Assembly (NCBI GenBank): GCA_036787895.1
Contig: DAIQOK010000014.1
Span: forward strand, 5,415 to 69,414
Direction: 5' to 3'
DNA: 64,000 nt
Origin: Bacteroidota bacterium
GTDB lineage: Bacteria > Bacteroidota > Bacteroidia > UBA7662
Shown here: positions 39,707-50,388 of the stretch, in pieces
Layout: every line of letters begins with the position of its first letter
Numbering within the stretch: position 1 is the stretch's first letter
Notes under the pieces: generated by a model
What the model was told of the DNA's origin: nothing
The model's input: only the letters and a program-made list of their open reading frames with translations
The model's database searches: none
Position numbers and translations under genes: made by a program

Positions 39707-40018
39707 TTAGCGGAGATCAAACCAATAGGCACTTTCATTCATCAGGGCAGCGATGACGCCCAGGATAAAGATGGTAGGTACCAATATGGAATAAATCAGG
39801 TTGATGCGCTCAAATTTGAGGTGCATGAAATAAGCTACGATATAAAATGCCTTCAAAATGGTGAGGGCAACGTAGATGAAGTTTTTGATGGGCTTGGCCA
39901 TAAAAGCTTCGGGTATGGCGAGGGCAATGATAAACTCTACTGCGGTGATGGCCAACAGCACCCAAAATACGCGCCAGATTTCTTTTGGCGCCATGGCAGA
40001 TCCGTGTTCTTGCGACAT
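39707..40018 (-). CDS. cytochrome c oxidase subunit IV (caa3-type)
   Basis: About 100 aa with two TM helices, directly after subunit III. Start trimmed to the MSQEHG Met to avoid overlap with coxC. Confidence 0.5.
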   Translation of the reverse strand: MSQEHGSAMAPKEIWRVFWVLLAITAVEFIIALAIPEAFMAKPIKNFIYVALTILKAFYIVAYFMHLKFERINLIYSILVPTIFILGVIAALMNESAYWFDLR

Positions 40019-40038
40019 GATGTGTGTATTTGCTAAGG

Positions 40039-40713
40039 TCAGATAAGGTAGAAGAAGGTGAAGACGAAGACCCAGACCAGGTCGACAAAGTGCCAATACA
40101 GGCCCACTTTTTCAATCATCTCATAAGTGCCCCGGCGTTCAAAAACTCCTTTGGCGTTCATGATGGTGATGATGATATTGATGATTACTCCTGAAAAAAC
40201 GTGGAAACCATGGAAGCCGGTTATGGTAAAAAACAGATTGGTGAAATTCACCATACCTGCTGTGCCATCGGCATTTACAAAGGGGTTAGAACCCCACCAG
40301 GCGCCATCGTGATGGAGGTGCGTCCATTCCCAGGCCTGACAGCCGAGGAACAAAAATCCGCCGATGATGGTCCATATCATCCATTTGGTGACTTCTTTTT
40401 TCGCGCCGCGGTGACCGGCTTCTACCGCCAATACCATGGTTACACTACTCATGATGAGGATAAACGTCATGATACCTACAAAGACCAGGGGGAACTTTCC
40501 GTGGATAAAAGGAACCGCTGCGAAAACATCATCGGGTACAGGCCAGCTGGGAGCGCTGAAACGAAGTGCCGCATAAGCGAGCAGCAGGGCCGAGAAAGTA
40601 AATGCATCTGACAGGAGGAAAAACCACATCATCAGTTTGCCGTAGCTGGCACCGTAGGGTTCAGTACCACCGCCCCACATTTCTTTTTTACTGGTAATTG
40701 CTGTTGAAGCCAT
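40039..40713 (-). CDS. ctaE: cytochrome c oxidase subunit III
   Basis: Heme-copper oxidase subunit III fold with seven TM helices. Conserved WHFVDLVW motif. Confidence 0.85.
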   Translation of the reverse strand: MASTAITSKKEMWGGGTEPYGASYGKLMMWFFLLSDAFTFSALLLAYAALRFSAPSWPVPDDVFAAVPFIHGKFPLVFVGIMTFILIMSSVTMVLAVEAGHRGAKKEVTKWMIWTIIGGFLFLGCQAWEWTHLHHDGAWWGSNPFVNADGTAGMVNFTNLFFTITGFHGFHVFSGVIINIIITIMNAKGVFERRGTYEMIEKVGLYWHFVDLVWVFVFTFFYLI

Positions 40714-40738
40714 GTTCGGTTAGGGTATTAGCTTTGGT

Positions 40739-41323
40739 TTAATTCATAAAATAAAAGAATCCGTACAGATAAATCCAAAGAATTCCAAGGAAATGCCAGA
40801 AGAGTGTCACCAACTTCATTCCTAAGAGCTTTTTGCTATGCACCTGAAAACGGAAAGCTTGCGCAAATATAACGATTAGGGCAATAATAGCACTAACTAC
40901 GTGCAAGGCGTGGATAAAGGTAATCACATATAAAAATCCCACGGATGGATTACCATTCAGAAAGAGGCCGATATTCACCAACTGACTGTAAGCCAGCAAC
41001 TGAGCACCCACAAATCCAAGACCCAGTGCGAGGGTAAGTGCCATTCCGATTTTCACTTTACCCAGCTCATTTTTTTTTGCCTGTGTAAAACTCCATTGTA
41101 AAACGATACTCGAAAGCACCACCAGTGCCGTGGACAGCATAAATGCGGAAGGCAAGGCAAACTGCAACCAATTACCGTCGCCTTTGCGGACAATATAACC
41201 GCTGGTGAAACCGGCAAAAATCATGAATACACTTACCATAAAGGCCCACATCAGGAATTCTATGGGTTCAACTGCAAATTTGCGTCTTTCGGCACGCTTA
41301 GGACCAGCCATTTCTGCCATCAT
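40739..41323 (-). CDS. second cytochrome c oxidase subunit III-family protein
   Basis: Paralogous subunit III-like membrane protein (WHFLGILWIY), as seen in Bacteroidota caa3 operons. Confidence 0.65.
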   Translation of the reverse strand: MMAEMAGPKRAERRKFAVEPIEFLMWAFMVSVFMIFAGFTSGYIVRKGDGNWLQFALPSAFMLSTALVVLSSIVLQWSFTQAKKNELGKVKIGMALTLALGLGFVGAQLLAYSQLVNIGLFLNGNPSVGFLYVITFIHALHVVSAIIALIVIFAQAFRFQVHSKKLLGMKLVTLFWHFLGILWIYLYGFFYFMN

Positions 41324-41326
41324 AGT

Positions 41327-42226
41327 TTATATTTTATCGATCAGATAAATCAGTTGTACAATAGGTAAATAAACAAAAGAACCGAACATCAGTTTACGGG
41401 CATCCGATTTATCGAGGCTGCGGTATAATTTCCAGGCTTGCGCGAGAAACAAAAGGCTGGCAATCAGACAAACCACCGCTGCCCACCAGCCGGCAAAGCC
41501 GTAATAAACAGGTGCAAGACTGATAGGAATCAGTGTTGCCGTATACCACAAAATCTGAAAAGCGTTTTTCCGACCGGGTTCACCGGCATTGGGTAGTAGT
41601 CGGAAGCCAGCTTTGCCATAATCATCATGCAAAATCCAGGCGATGGCCCAGAAATGCGGAAATTGCCAGATGAACTGTACTAAAAATAATAGCCCTGCCT
41701 CCAGATTCAGATGACCGTTAAATGCCGCATAGCCAATAAGAATGGGCAAGGCTCCCGGAAACGCTCCCACAAACACCGCGAACGGACTGTGTTTTTTCAT
41801 GGGGGTATATACAAAGGCATAACTCAGCAACGACATCAACCCCAGCGCCGCGCTCAGCTTATTGGTGAATATGCCTATGATGATTACACCCGCCACCCCC
41901 ATCAATAATGCCAGCAAAGCCGCCTCCCAAACCGACATACGGCCTGTAGCCACCGGCCGGTTAGCAGTACGTGCCATCAGTTGGTCACTTTCCTTTTCGA
42001 TGATTTGATTGATTCCATTAGATGCACCCACGATGAGAAAACCACCGAGCAGCAGCCATAAAAACTGGATCACATCAAAAGCACTACCCGCTGCAATGGC
42101 GTAACCAATACCCGAGCTGAAAACCACCAAGGATGCCAGGCGAATTTTCAGGAATTGGGCATAATCACGTATTTTCTGCATGGACAGTGAACTTCTTTTC
42201 GTAAGCGGCAGTGCGTTTGGCAGCAT
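41327..42226 (-). CDS. cyoE: protoheme IX farnesyltransferase (heme O synthase)
   Basis: UbiA-family prenyltransferase with nine TM helices. Conserved NQIIEKESD-type motif. Confidence 0.85.
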   Translation of the reverse strand: MLPNALPLTKRSSLSMQKIRDYAQFLKIRLASLVVFSSGIGYAIAAGSAFDVIQFLWLLLGGFLIVGASNGINQIIEKESDQLMARTANRPVATGRMSVWEAALLALLMGVAGVIIIGIFTNKLSAALGLMSLLSYAFVYTPMKKHSPFAVFVGAFPGALPILIGYAAFNGHLNLEAGLLFLVQFIWQFPHFWAIAWILHDDYGKAGFRLLPNAGEPGRKNAFQILWYTATLIPISLAPVYYGFAGWWAAVVCLIASLLFLAQAWKLYRSLDKSDARKLMFGSFVYLPIVQLIYLIDKI

Positions 42227-42229
42227 GGC

Positions 42230-43219
42230 TTAGTGTTGGGTATGCGGACGTTGATGACGGTAAAACGCTATCCATAACCAAAATAAAACACCAAAAGCAG
42301 CAGAACTGAATACAATATGCAATGCCTGCGGCACAGCTGGTAAAGCAAACTGATTCAGCGCTACCCCAGTGAACACTTGGGCGCCGGTCAAAAGCAGTGC
42401 AAAAATACCATACTTATTCAGCTTTTGTGCAGCAAATACAGTATTTACACGATAAGTGAGATAAACCACCGCAGCAGTGGTTACCATCGAAAAAACTTTG
42501 TGCAAGGCAAATCCGGAACCTAAAGCTCTGAGCCATTCCTGTTTGCCTGCACCTGGTATGGTCTTGGCCGCAGTATCGATGGCTTCGCGTACTTGCGTAC
42601 CAAGAATAATCTGTATCAGTAGTAACAAACCGACGCCTAATAGCAATCGCTCAAACCTTTTGAGGACTGGCTTTTCAGCGGTCAGATATTGGGGATGACT
42701 GTAAGCCCGGGCTGCCAACAATACAGCGGCTATGATCAGGGCTAATACCAAATGTAGGGTAATAATGCCCTGGTGCAGATTGGTCATCACCACAAAGGCG
42801 CCTACCCCACCCTGAATGAGCACCAATACCAAACCGACCAACGCCAATTGCCAGACAATTGGGTTCGACCTTTTAAAGGCCCGATAAGCAAAAACAAGGT
42901 GTAGAATAATAAAAAAGCCGGTTAACACCCCAAATAGCCTGTTCAGATATTCTGTCCAGGTTTTAATGGCATTAAAAGTAGTATCGGCATACCCCCGGTC
43001 ATGGTAAATCTGCCGATAATTGTCAGGCAATTCCGATACATCCGTTGGAGGCACCCACTGGCCGAAACATTTCGGCCAATCGGGGCATCCCATGCCAGCC
43101 CCCGAACTTCTTACAATACCACCAATTGCTATCAATAAAAAAACCACCACGATAGTGGCAAAGCTGAACTTTTGGTACAACTGTGCACGACCGTGGTGGT
43201 TCGGGGAAATACCGCTCAT
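42230..43219 (-). CDS. ctaA: heme A synthase (COX15/CtaA)
   Basis: GCPDWPKCFGQWVPP cysteine loop and eight TM helices. Confidence 0.8.
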   Translation of the reverse strand: MSGISPNHHGRAQLYQKFSFATIVVVFLLIAIGGIVRSSGAGMGCPDWPKCFGQWVPPTDVSELPDNYRQIYHDRGYADTTFNAIKTWTEYLNRLFGVLTGFFIILHLVFAYRAFKRSNPIVWQLALVGLVLVLIQGGVGAFVVMTNLHQGIITLHLVLALIIAAVLLAARAYSHPQYLTAEKPVLKRFERLLLGVGLLLLIQIILGTQVREAIDTAAKTIPGAGKQEWLRALGSGFALHKVFSMVTTAAVVYLTYRVNTVFAAQKLNKYGIFALLLTGAQVFTGVALNQFALPAVPQALHIVFSSAAFGVLFWLWIAFYRHQRPHTQH

Positions 43220-43233
43220 GGATAAAGCGGCTA

Positions 43234-45120
43234 TTAAGCTTTTCTTATGCCGAATAGATTGATAAAACGGCTGAAGAGCACTTTATCAGCCACTGTAGTT
43301 TCGGCTGGTGAAGTGGCACGCTCAGGTGCTGGTTTAACTTTGCCCTGACGCAATTCTTCTGGCAAATCATCATCTTTTACAGTTTGCATGATGAAATCTT
43401 CTGGCGCACCAGGCACACTGTAATCGTACGGCCAGCGGTGTACATGAGGAATATTACCGGGCCAGTTGCCGTGAATGCGCTCTTCAATAGGAGCTGTCCA
43501 TTCCAAGGTATTCGACCGCCAAGGGTTTTGAGGTGATTTTTTACCGCGTTTGATGCTGTAATAGAAATTCCAGATGAAAATCAACTGTGCTGCAGTTCCA
43601 AGTATGGCTGAGATAGAGATGAACTTATTCAAATCACCCCATTCACCCATCCATTCAAAACCGGTGAAATTGTAGTAACGACGTGGCACACCATCCAGAC
43701 CCATAAAGTGCATAGGGAAGAATACCATATACACAGCTGCAAAAGTCAACCAGAAGTGGAGATACCCCAACTTTTCGTTCATCAGGGTACCGAACATACG
43801 GGGATACCAGTGGTAAACGCCAGCGAGCATACCAAACATTGCCGCCGAACCCATCACTAGGTGGAAGTGAGCCACTACAAAATAGGTATCGTGCAAGTTG
43901 ATGTCGAGGGCAGCATTGCCGAGATAGAGACCAGTCAAACCACCGGAAATGAAGAGGGAAACGAGACCAATGGCGAACAACATGCCCGGTGTAAAGCGGA
44001 TATTGCCACGCCACAGGGTGGCCAGGTAGTTAAACGTCTTCACGGCCGAAGGCACAGCAATGATGAGGGTCAAAATCATAAATACATTGCCGAGGAATGG
44101 GTTCATACCAGTGATGAACATGTGGTGACCCCATACCACGAAAGAGAGTACCGAGATACCAATCAACGAACCAATCATGGCACGGTAGCCGAAAATTGGC
44201 TTACGGGCATTGGTTGCGATTACTTCGGAGGTAATACCCAATGCTGGCATCAATACGATGTATACTTCAGGGTGACCGAGGAACCAGAACAGGTGCTGGA
44301 ACAAAATCGGGCTACCACCATTACGGTTCAAGACCTCACCAGCAATAAAAATATCGCTCAAATAGAAACTGGTGCCGAAAGAGCGGTCGAAAATCAATAA
44401 AACAGCTGCTGCGAGCAATACCGGGAACGACAATACGCCCAAAATGGAAGTTGTCAGGAACGACCAGATGGTCAGCGGCAAACGGGTCATTTTCATACCC
44501 GGTGTACGCATATTCAAAATGGTAGTTATGTAGTTCAACGAGCCCATCAAAGACGAGGCGATGAAGAGCGTCATCGAAATCAACCAAAGCGTCATACCTA
44601 GACCGGAGCCTGGAATGGCTTGTGGCAAGGCACTTAATGGCGGATAAATCGTCCAACCGGCAGAAGCTGGTCCGCTTTCAACGAAAAGAGAAATCAACAT
44701 AATCACCGACGAACAGAAAAACAACCAATAGCTGACCATGTTCAGGAAAGGTGACGCCATATCACGGGCACCAATCTGCAAGGGTATCAACAGATTCGAA
44801 AATGTGCCACTCAAGCCGGCAGTAAGTACAAAAAATACCATCAGGGTTCCGTGCAAAGTCACTAGAGCCAGGTAGAAATTCGGATCCAAACGACCGCCTT
44901 TACCCCAGTCGCCCAATAGGGTTTCCAACCAAGGGAAGGTATTTTCCGGCCAGCCAAGTTGTAAACGGAACAACAAAGAAAGCAGGGCTGCGATGAAAGC
45001 CATGATCATACCGGTTATCAGGTATTGTTTGGCAATCATCTTGTGATCCATCGAGAAGATATACTTCGAAATGAAGGTCTCCTTGTGGTGTTCGTGGTGA
45101 TGTTCTGCGGTGTGCGCCAT
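43234..45120 (-). CDS. ctaD: cytochrome c oxidase subunit I
   Basis: 628 aa. Conserved His ligands and GHPEVYILI-type motif (GHPEVYIVLMP). Confidence 0.95.
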   Translation of the reverse strand: MAHTAEHHHEHHKETFISKYIFSMDHKMIAKQYLITGMIMAFIAALLSLLFRLQLGWPENTFPWLETLLGDWGKGGRLDPNFYLALVTLHGTLMVFFVLTAGLSGTFSNLLIPLQIGARDMASPFLNMVSYWLFFCSSVIMLISLFVESGPASAGWTIYPPLSALPQAIPGSGLGMTLWLISMTLFIASSLMGSLNYITTILNMRTPGMKMTRLPLTIWSFLTTSILGVLSFPVLLAAAVLLIFDRSFGTSFYLSDIFIAGEVLNRNGGSPILFQHLFWFLGHPEVYIVLMPALGITSEVIATNARKPIFGYRAMIGSLIGISVLSFVVWGHHMFITGMNPFLGNVFMILTLIIAVPSAVKTFNYLATLWRGNIRFTPGMLFAIGLVSLFISGGLTGLYLGNAALDINLHDTYFVVAHFHLVMGSAAMFGMLAGVYHWYPRMFGTLMNEKLGYLHFWLTFAAVYMVFFPMHFMGLDGVPRRYYNFTGFEWMGEWGDLNKFISISAILGTAAQLIFIWNFYYSIKRGKKSPQNPWRSNTLEWTAPIEERIHGNWPGNIPHVHRWPYDYSVPGAPEDFIMQTVKDDDLPEELRQGKVKPAPERATSPAETTVADKVLFSRFINLFGIRKA

Positions 45121-45141
45121 AGCTGTATATGCCTTTATTGC

Positions 45142-46560
45142 TTAGTTCAGAGATGCGGTTTGTACTTCTGGTTTTTTGAAATAAGTCTTCTGTTTGGCCA
45201 ACCAGGCATCGTATTCGGCCTGTTCAACCACCACAAACTTCATCCGCATATTAAAGTGTGCGGCGCCGCAAATTTTGTTGCAGGCGAGTTCGTAGTTGAA
45301 GTTATAATTCCCGGTAGTGCGACGCATTTGTTCGGTGGTCATGGTCGGGGTGAAGTAGAACTGGGTCGGCATGCCGGGAACCACGTTCATTTGTACACGG
45401 AAATGCGGTAAATAAGCAGAATGGATTACGTCGCGAGCACGCAAACGTAACATCACCGGCTTGTTCACAACCAAATATACCTCGGGAACGAGCAAATCAT
45501 CGCTCGACTTCGGATCTTCGGCATCAATACCCATATCGTTGGTAGCAGAGATGAGCTTATAGTTGTGTCCACCTAACTCACCATCGGCACCGGTATAGCG
45601 GGCCTTCCAGCCAAATTGGTAGGCAAACAATTCAATGGTAGTCGCTTCCTCGGCCACTTCGCCCTGGGTAATATCACGCCATACTTTAGTGCCATACAAT
45701 ACGAGCACGGTGAGTACTGCAGCAGGAATGATGGTCCACAGGAATTCAAGCTTGTGGTTGTCGGCATAGAAATAGGCTTTACGACCTTCTCTGCGACGGT
45801 AAATGTAAGGATAAACGAAGAGGAGGATGTGGGTGATGATGAAAACCACGAAGGTTAGCCAAAAGGTCACGGCCAACATATTGTCGATCAATACGCCATG
45901 TATCGAAGCAGCTTCGGGCAAGGTGAATTTCATGTATTTGAGGAAGTTCCAGCTCACAAAGAGGAAGAACACTACCATAAATACAATAAACAGGAAAGCG
46001 TTTACAGTATTCCAATTAAATAATTGAATGCCTTTGGCACGGTAAGATGCAGAAACCGTACGACCGGCAACCAGCAATGTGGCACCTAAAACGGCTACCA
46101 TCAGCATTAACAAAATGCTATTCGAAAACCCACCATCACTAGGTGCGGCAGCAGCAGCTGCACCACCGTCGGTAGTTGCTGTGGCTGCTGGAGCGGCTTT
46201 CTCCTGCTCCTTGATGTAAGCGAGTACCGATTTGATCTCCTCATCGCTCCAATCATAGGCCGGCATAGCCACTTTGTTCCATTTGGCAAACAAATCCACC
46301 GCGTACTGATCGCCACCGGCAATCACGGCTTGCGAATTTCTAACCCATTTGAGTAACCAGGCTTCATCGCGTCTTTCACTGATGCCTTTTAAGGCCGGAC
46401 CAACCAAATCCTGGTCGATTTTGTGGCAGGCAGCACAATTGTTCGCATAAAGCTCGGCACCATCGGGTTGCGCCTGACTTGTATTGACAGTAAGTGCCAA
46501 CACGGCCACCAGCAAGCCGCGGCTGATCGAAGACGAAGAAAACAGATTTCTGAATTTCAT
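45142..46560 (-). CDS. ctaC: cytochrome c oxidase subunit II with N-terminal cytochrome c domain
   Basis: Signal peptide. CAACH heme-binding site. CuA site CNKICGAAHFNM. Two TM helices. Confidence 0.9.
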   Translation of the reverse strand: MKFRNLFSSSSISRGLLVAVLALTVNTSQAQPDGAELYANNCAACHKIDQDLVGPALKGISERRDEAWLLKWVRNSQAVIAGGDQYAVDLFAKWNKVAMPAYDWSDEEIKSVLAYIKEQEKAAPAATATTDGGAAAAAAPSDGGFSNSILLMLMVAVLGATLLVAGRTVSASYRAKGIQLFNWNTVNAFLFIVFMVVFFLFVSWNFLKYMKFTLPEAASIHGVLIDNMLAVTFWLTFVVFIITHILLFVYPYIYRRREGRKAYFYADNHKLEFLWTIIPAAVLTVLVLYGTKVWRDITQGEVAEEATTIELFAYQFGWKARYTGADGELGGHNYKLISATNDMGIDAEDPKSSDDLLVPEVYLVVNKPVMLRLRARDVIHSAYLPHFRVQMNVVPGMPTQFYFTPTMTTEQMRRTTGNYNFNYELACNKICGAAHFNMRMKFVVVEQAEYDAWLAKQKTYFKKPEVQTASLN

Positions 46561-47032
46561 TGTATGCTTAGTCGGTTAATTCGTTGGTAAACGACTTTTC
46601 TGTTGCCCCACCGACAGAAACCTTAACAAGTCTCATTCACAATGGTTTGGCAGAATTGCCGTAAAAAACACGGGCAAATATAGAAAAAACTTGCCCTCGC
46701 AATGACCAAAAAGCCAATTAAACGTAATTTATATTGGGTTTAAGGAAAGCAGGAATGCCTGAACCGAATTGAATTGCATCAAAAAAGTACTTCTTTGCCC
46801 GAAGACATGGCCAGGCTATCCTTCAAAGTAGCGAAAAATCAACCGTTTTAATTTTCCACTTCACTTGTGGAAGACCATTGAAACAGGTGTTGTTGTCATA
46901 TCATGTTTCAATTTTGAACCTTGATTTTATTAAAAAAGCATCCTTCCGGTAGATTGTCTGAAATAAATAGTAGCTTGAAAATCATGCAAGAATAGGAAAC
47001 AATAAGGCAAATATTAGCCTGGTTAGCCGCCT

Positions 47033-47045
47033 ATGTTTGAAACAT
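47033..47045 (+). promoter_or_regulatory. palindrome ATGTTT-g-AAACAT overlapping the usp 5' leader
   Basis: Perfect 6-1-6 inverted repeat 13 bp upstream of the usp ATG, inside a 476-bp divergent intergenic region shared with the cox operon. Confidence 0.3.
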
Positions 47046-47057
47046 AAAGACAACCCT

Positions 47058-47885
47058 ATGAAAAATCTACTAGTACCCATCGATTTTACTCCGGTAACGG
47101 AAGGCGCCCTTCAGCAAGCATTAATTTTGGCCAGGACAACTACAGCGCAGATAATACTGCTGCACATAGTGAAAGACCCTGCTGAAGCCGATGCTGCGCA
47201 GAAAAAGCTGGAAATGCTGGCCGCCAAATATGTTCAGCCCGGCATTACGATTACCACAGAAGTCCAGCAAGGCAAAGTTGAAGACATTGGTCGGCTAGCA
47301 GCTTCCTATGAAACCAATCTGGTTTTTATGGGCACCCACGGTCTTAAAGGATTGCAATACCTCTTGGGAAGTCGGGCATTGCAGGTGGTAAGTGCTTCCA
47401 AATCACCTTTCATCATTAATCAAAAAGGTCCCATTAACGACCATTTGAAAGAAATTGTGGTCCCTATTGACTTCATCGCCGAAGAAAAACAAATTCTCCA
47501 TGCCGTCATCGACATTGCCCGGGTTTGTGGTTCCCGCATCCATCTTTTTTCGGCCAAACACAAAGATGAATTCCTGAACAAACGCACCCAACTTAATCTG
47601 AACTATGCTAAAAATCTACTAAAAAACAACAATATGGAATTTGTGAATGTGGCAGAAACGGGCACCAAGGGCTACCTCAACGATTTACTCGATTATGCCC
47701 ATATGGTTAATGCCGACCTGATTGCCATAATCAATCACAAAGAAGATGGATTTAAAAATCTTTTTGGCAGCCATTTCGATCAAGGCCTGATCACCAACAG
47801 TTACCACATACCTGTTTTGATTATGAACTACAAACAGATAACCAAGGTGTTCGACCTCTTTAGTGGCATAGCTGCAATCGGATAA
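47058..47885 (+). CDS. tandem-domain universal stress protein
   Basis: MKNLLVPIDFT start. Two USP-fold halves (VPIDF repeated). Start trimmed to the ATG from a TTG-extended ORF. Confidence 0.75.
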   Translation: MKNLLVPIDFTPVTEGALQQALILARTTTAQIILLHIVKDPAEADAAQKKLEMLAAKYVQPGITITTEVQQGKVEDIGRLAASYETNLVFMGTHGLKGLQYLLGSRALQVVSASKSPFIINQKGPINDHLKEIVVPIDFIAEEKQILHAVIDIARVCGSRIHLFSAKHKDEFLNKRTQLNLNYAKNLLKNNNMEFVNVAETGTKGYLNDLLDYAHMVNADLIAIINHKEDGFKNLFGSHFDQGLITNSYHIPVLIMNYKQITKVFDLFSGIAAIG

Positions 47886-47887
47886 CC

Positions 47888-49489
47888 ATGGCAATCGACC
47901 AACATCTTTCCGACTTTGGCCGTAAACTGGCCAGGGCAGCACTAAATCTCAACCGGGAATTCAGCCACCCCCTTTCTGCTTTGATTACTCCGCTCGAAGA
48001 GTTAAGTGCCAACGAAAACAATCCGCATCGGCGCGAACAGCTGGAACTTGCGCTCAAAAATGCCTATCGATTCCATTCACTTTTCAAGCTACTCGAAGAA
48101 ATTGCTGAAGTTGAGTCTGATAGTTCCGTTTTTGCCTTCCACCAATCCGATATCATTGGTTTTGGACGTAATCTGGTCAACTCCTTTGAAAATGTAGCTC
48201 GGAACAAACAAATAAACCTACAGTTTAGGTCGAGCTACCCGGAACTTGTTTGTTTGTACGATTACCGCAAACTCAGGCGTATTTTATATAGCTTGTTGGC
48301 CAATGCCATCCGTTACAGCGACAAAAAAGACGCGGAGATAACAGTGAGCATGCAAATGTTGCAAGCAAGTAATAAGCTCATCCTAACCATAGCCGATAAC
48401 GGCATTGGCATACAAGCTGATAAATTACCCCATCTCACCAATCCATTTTACGAAGACCCTTTGCACCTCAAGTTGTACCAAAGCACCAGTCTTGGACTAT
48501 ATCTTGTGAAGCGATTGCTCGATTTATTAGGTGGTGAGCTGGCTTTTTACAGTAAAACAGCTGCCGGCACCATAGTAGAAGTGCAACTTCCCGTTTATCA
48601 AAAACGCGAAGAAATACCTTTCGAGCATTTCACTATTGAGGACGAACTGGTACCTGAGCTCTTGCAACTACACGAACACATACGCGAAGTGGATACCTAT
48701 GAAATAGTAGATATTGACACCAGCAACCAGGCAGAAATTCCGCTATTGCTTCTGATAGTTGATTCAAGCCAGCGCAATGAAGAACTTCTGCAGCACTTAA
48801 AATCGCAATTCAGGGTACTATTGGCTACGCACCCCGGTAAAGCCATGCAAATGGCTATGGATCACATACCCGACTTGATTTTCATCAGTACCCCTTGGGA
48901 GGAAGCTACCCGAGCCATGGTAGGTTTCTTCAAAAAACGAGAAATATGTGCTCACATTCCGCTGTTTTGGCTGTCAGAACAAGCAACGCCGGAAGAAAAA
49001 AAGGCAGCAAATTCATTGCTGATAGATGCTATTGCTCCGGCTGATGCAAGCACTGAGGACATCCTGGCAGAAATTCGAAAGATCATCCACAACCGAAAAT
49101 TGGCCTACGAATATTCCGCCAAACAGTCGATTCACAAATTTTCGAAACCCGAAAAGAAGCTGAATATGGCCGACAGCTTCCTGCAAAAATTACACAATAT
49201 CATCGACCAGTATCTCGACGACGAGAATCCCGATACGGAAAGTCTGAGCGAGATGATGCATATGAGCCGCACCCAATTACACCGAAAAATTAAAGCACTT
49301 ACCGGCCTGTCAACAACCAACTACATCCGGGAATACAAACTCAAACTGGCTTATGCCGACATTCAAAAAGGTATGGGAACCATGGCTGAATTGGCCGACA
49401 AATATGGTTTTGGCAGTTTGGCTTACTTTTCACGCTCCTTTAAAAAAATGTTTGGTGTTACCCCAACAGAAGTAAAAAGAGTGAAGTAG
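47888..49489 (+). CDS. cytoplasmic histidine kinase fused to receiver-like region and AraC-type HTH
   Basis: H-box FSHPLSAL. HATPase_c (IADNGIGI, GLGLYLVKRL). C-terminal AraC HTH (YFSRSFKKMFGVTPTEV). No TM segment. Confidence 0.7.
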   Translation: MAIDQHLSDFGRKLARAALNLNREFSHPLSALITPLEELSANENNPHRREQLELALKNAYRFHSLFKLLEEIAEVESDSSVFAFHQSDIIGFGRNLVNSFENVARNKQINLQFRSSYPELVCLYDYRKLRRILYSLLANAIRYSDKKDAEITVSMQMLQASNKLILTIADNGIGIQADKLPHLTNPFYEDPLHLKLYQSTSLGLYLVKRLLDLLGGELAFYSKTAAGTIVEVQLPVYQKREEIPFEHFTIEDELVPELLQLHEHIREVDTYEIVDIDTSNQAEIPLLLLIVDSSQRNEELLQHLKSQFRVLLATHPGKAMQMAMDHIPDLIFISTPWEEATRAMVGFFKKREICAHIPLFWLSEQATPEEKKAANSLLIDAIAPADASTEDILAEIRKIIHNRKLAYEYSAKQSIHKFSKPEKKLNMADSFLQKLHNIIDQYLDDENPDTESLSEMMHMSRTQLHRKIKALTGLSTTNYIREYKLKLAYADIQKGMGTMAELADKYGFGSLAYFSRSFKKMFGVTPTEVKRVK

Positions 49490-49629
49490 GCTGTTAAAAG
49501 TTGACCGTGAATGAGAAAGCTAAGGCTGAAACATTAGGACAAAAACAAGCCTTAAAAAGACAACTACTGCCTTAATTAAAGTCCCAACTTGCAGTAAGCA
49601 GTTAAAACCCAAATCTAAACCCACCTATC

Positions 49630-50328
49630 ATGGCAACCTTGAACAATACCAATTTAAGAGGCATTCGAATCAGTCCAGAAAACAAGGCCGATACCATTCA
49701 TTACTACCAATGCGTCATCGACCAGCCCGCTGGTTGGTCAGTTGGTGAAAATCTATTTTACATCAATGAATCAGCGCAAACAGCTACCGAAATCCATATC
49801 ATTTACCTGGGTGCACTTCAGGATATCAACCCAGATGAAGAAGTTGTCACCTATATGCTACCCGTTGTCACCAGTCAAAAGCTACAACAACCTGATGGAA
49901 ACAATCTAAAAATCATTGTCACGGATAGTAACGGCAATACTGCCACTGGCAATCCGAATCGTGGCAAGCCTCCTGTAGTGGCACCAATCGATCGCAGCGC
50001 CACTTTGACACCAACGGTGCTCGTATTCCAAAGTGAGAGTAATACGGCAAATTATTTCATCGGGGTGCTTGCCAATACCTTTGTAAACAAAGACGGCGTT
50101 TATTTAGATAGTGGCTTTGGCCCCTATTTCCCACTTCAACCGGACACCGAAAATCCTGTCCAACTCTGTGGTTCACTGCCATTAATCCCACAAAACGACC
50201 CGGGTGCAGTTGCCGCAATGGGCTCTATTTCTTCCAGTCTAAATCAGTATTCATCAGTGGTATTGCAGGAATATACGGTATCATCCGATCCTGTTTCTTT
50301 TGATTACGAGACAATTGTACCTATCTAA
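49630..50328 (+). CDS. hypothetical cytoplasmic protein, no recognisable domain
   Basis: 232 aa with no signal peptide and no motif I can place. Lies between the kinase and the cyclase array. Confidence 0.35.
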   Translation: MATLNNTNLRGIRISPENKADTIHYYQCVIDQPAGWSVGENLFYINESAQTATEIHIIYLGALQDINPDEEVVTYMLPVVTSQKLQQPDGNNLKIIVTDSNGNTATGNPNRGKPPVVAPIDRSATLTPTVLVFQSESNTANYFIGVLANTFVNKDGVYLDSGFGPYFPLQPDTENPVQLCGSLPLIPQNDPGAVAAMGSISSSLNQYSSVVLQEYTVSSDPVSFDYETIVPI

Positions 50329-50388
50329 AAGTTAAAACACTTTGTTCAGCTTAACGCAGATACTCCATTAGTATCTGAATTCCGCCCG

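Noticed and set aside
43655-44400. ORFs of 119-179 aa in both orientations inside ctaD
   Set aside because: Embedded in the unambiguous cytochrome oxidase subunit I gene.
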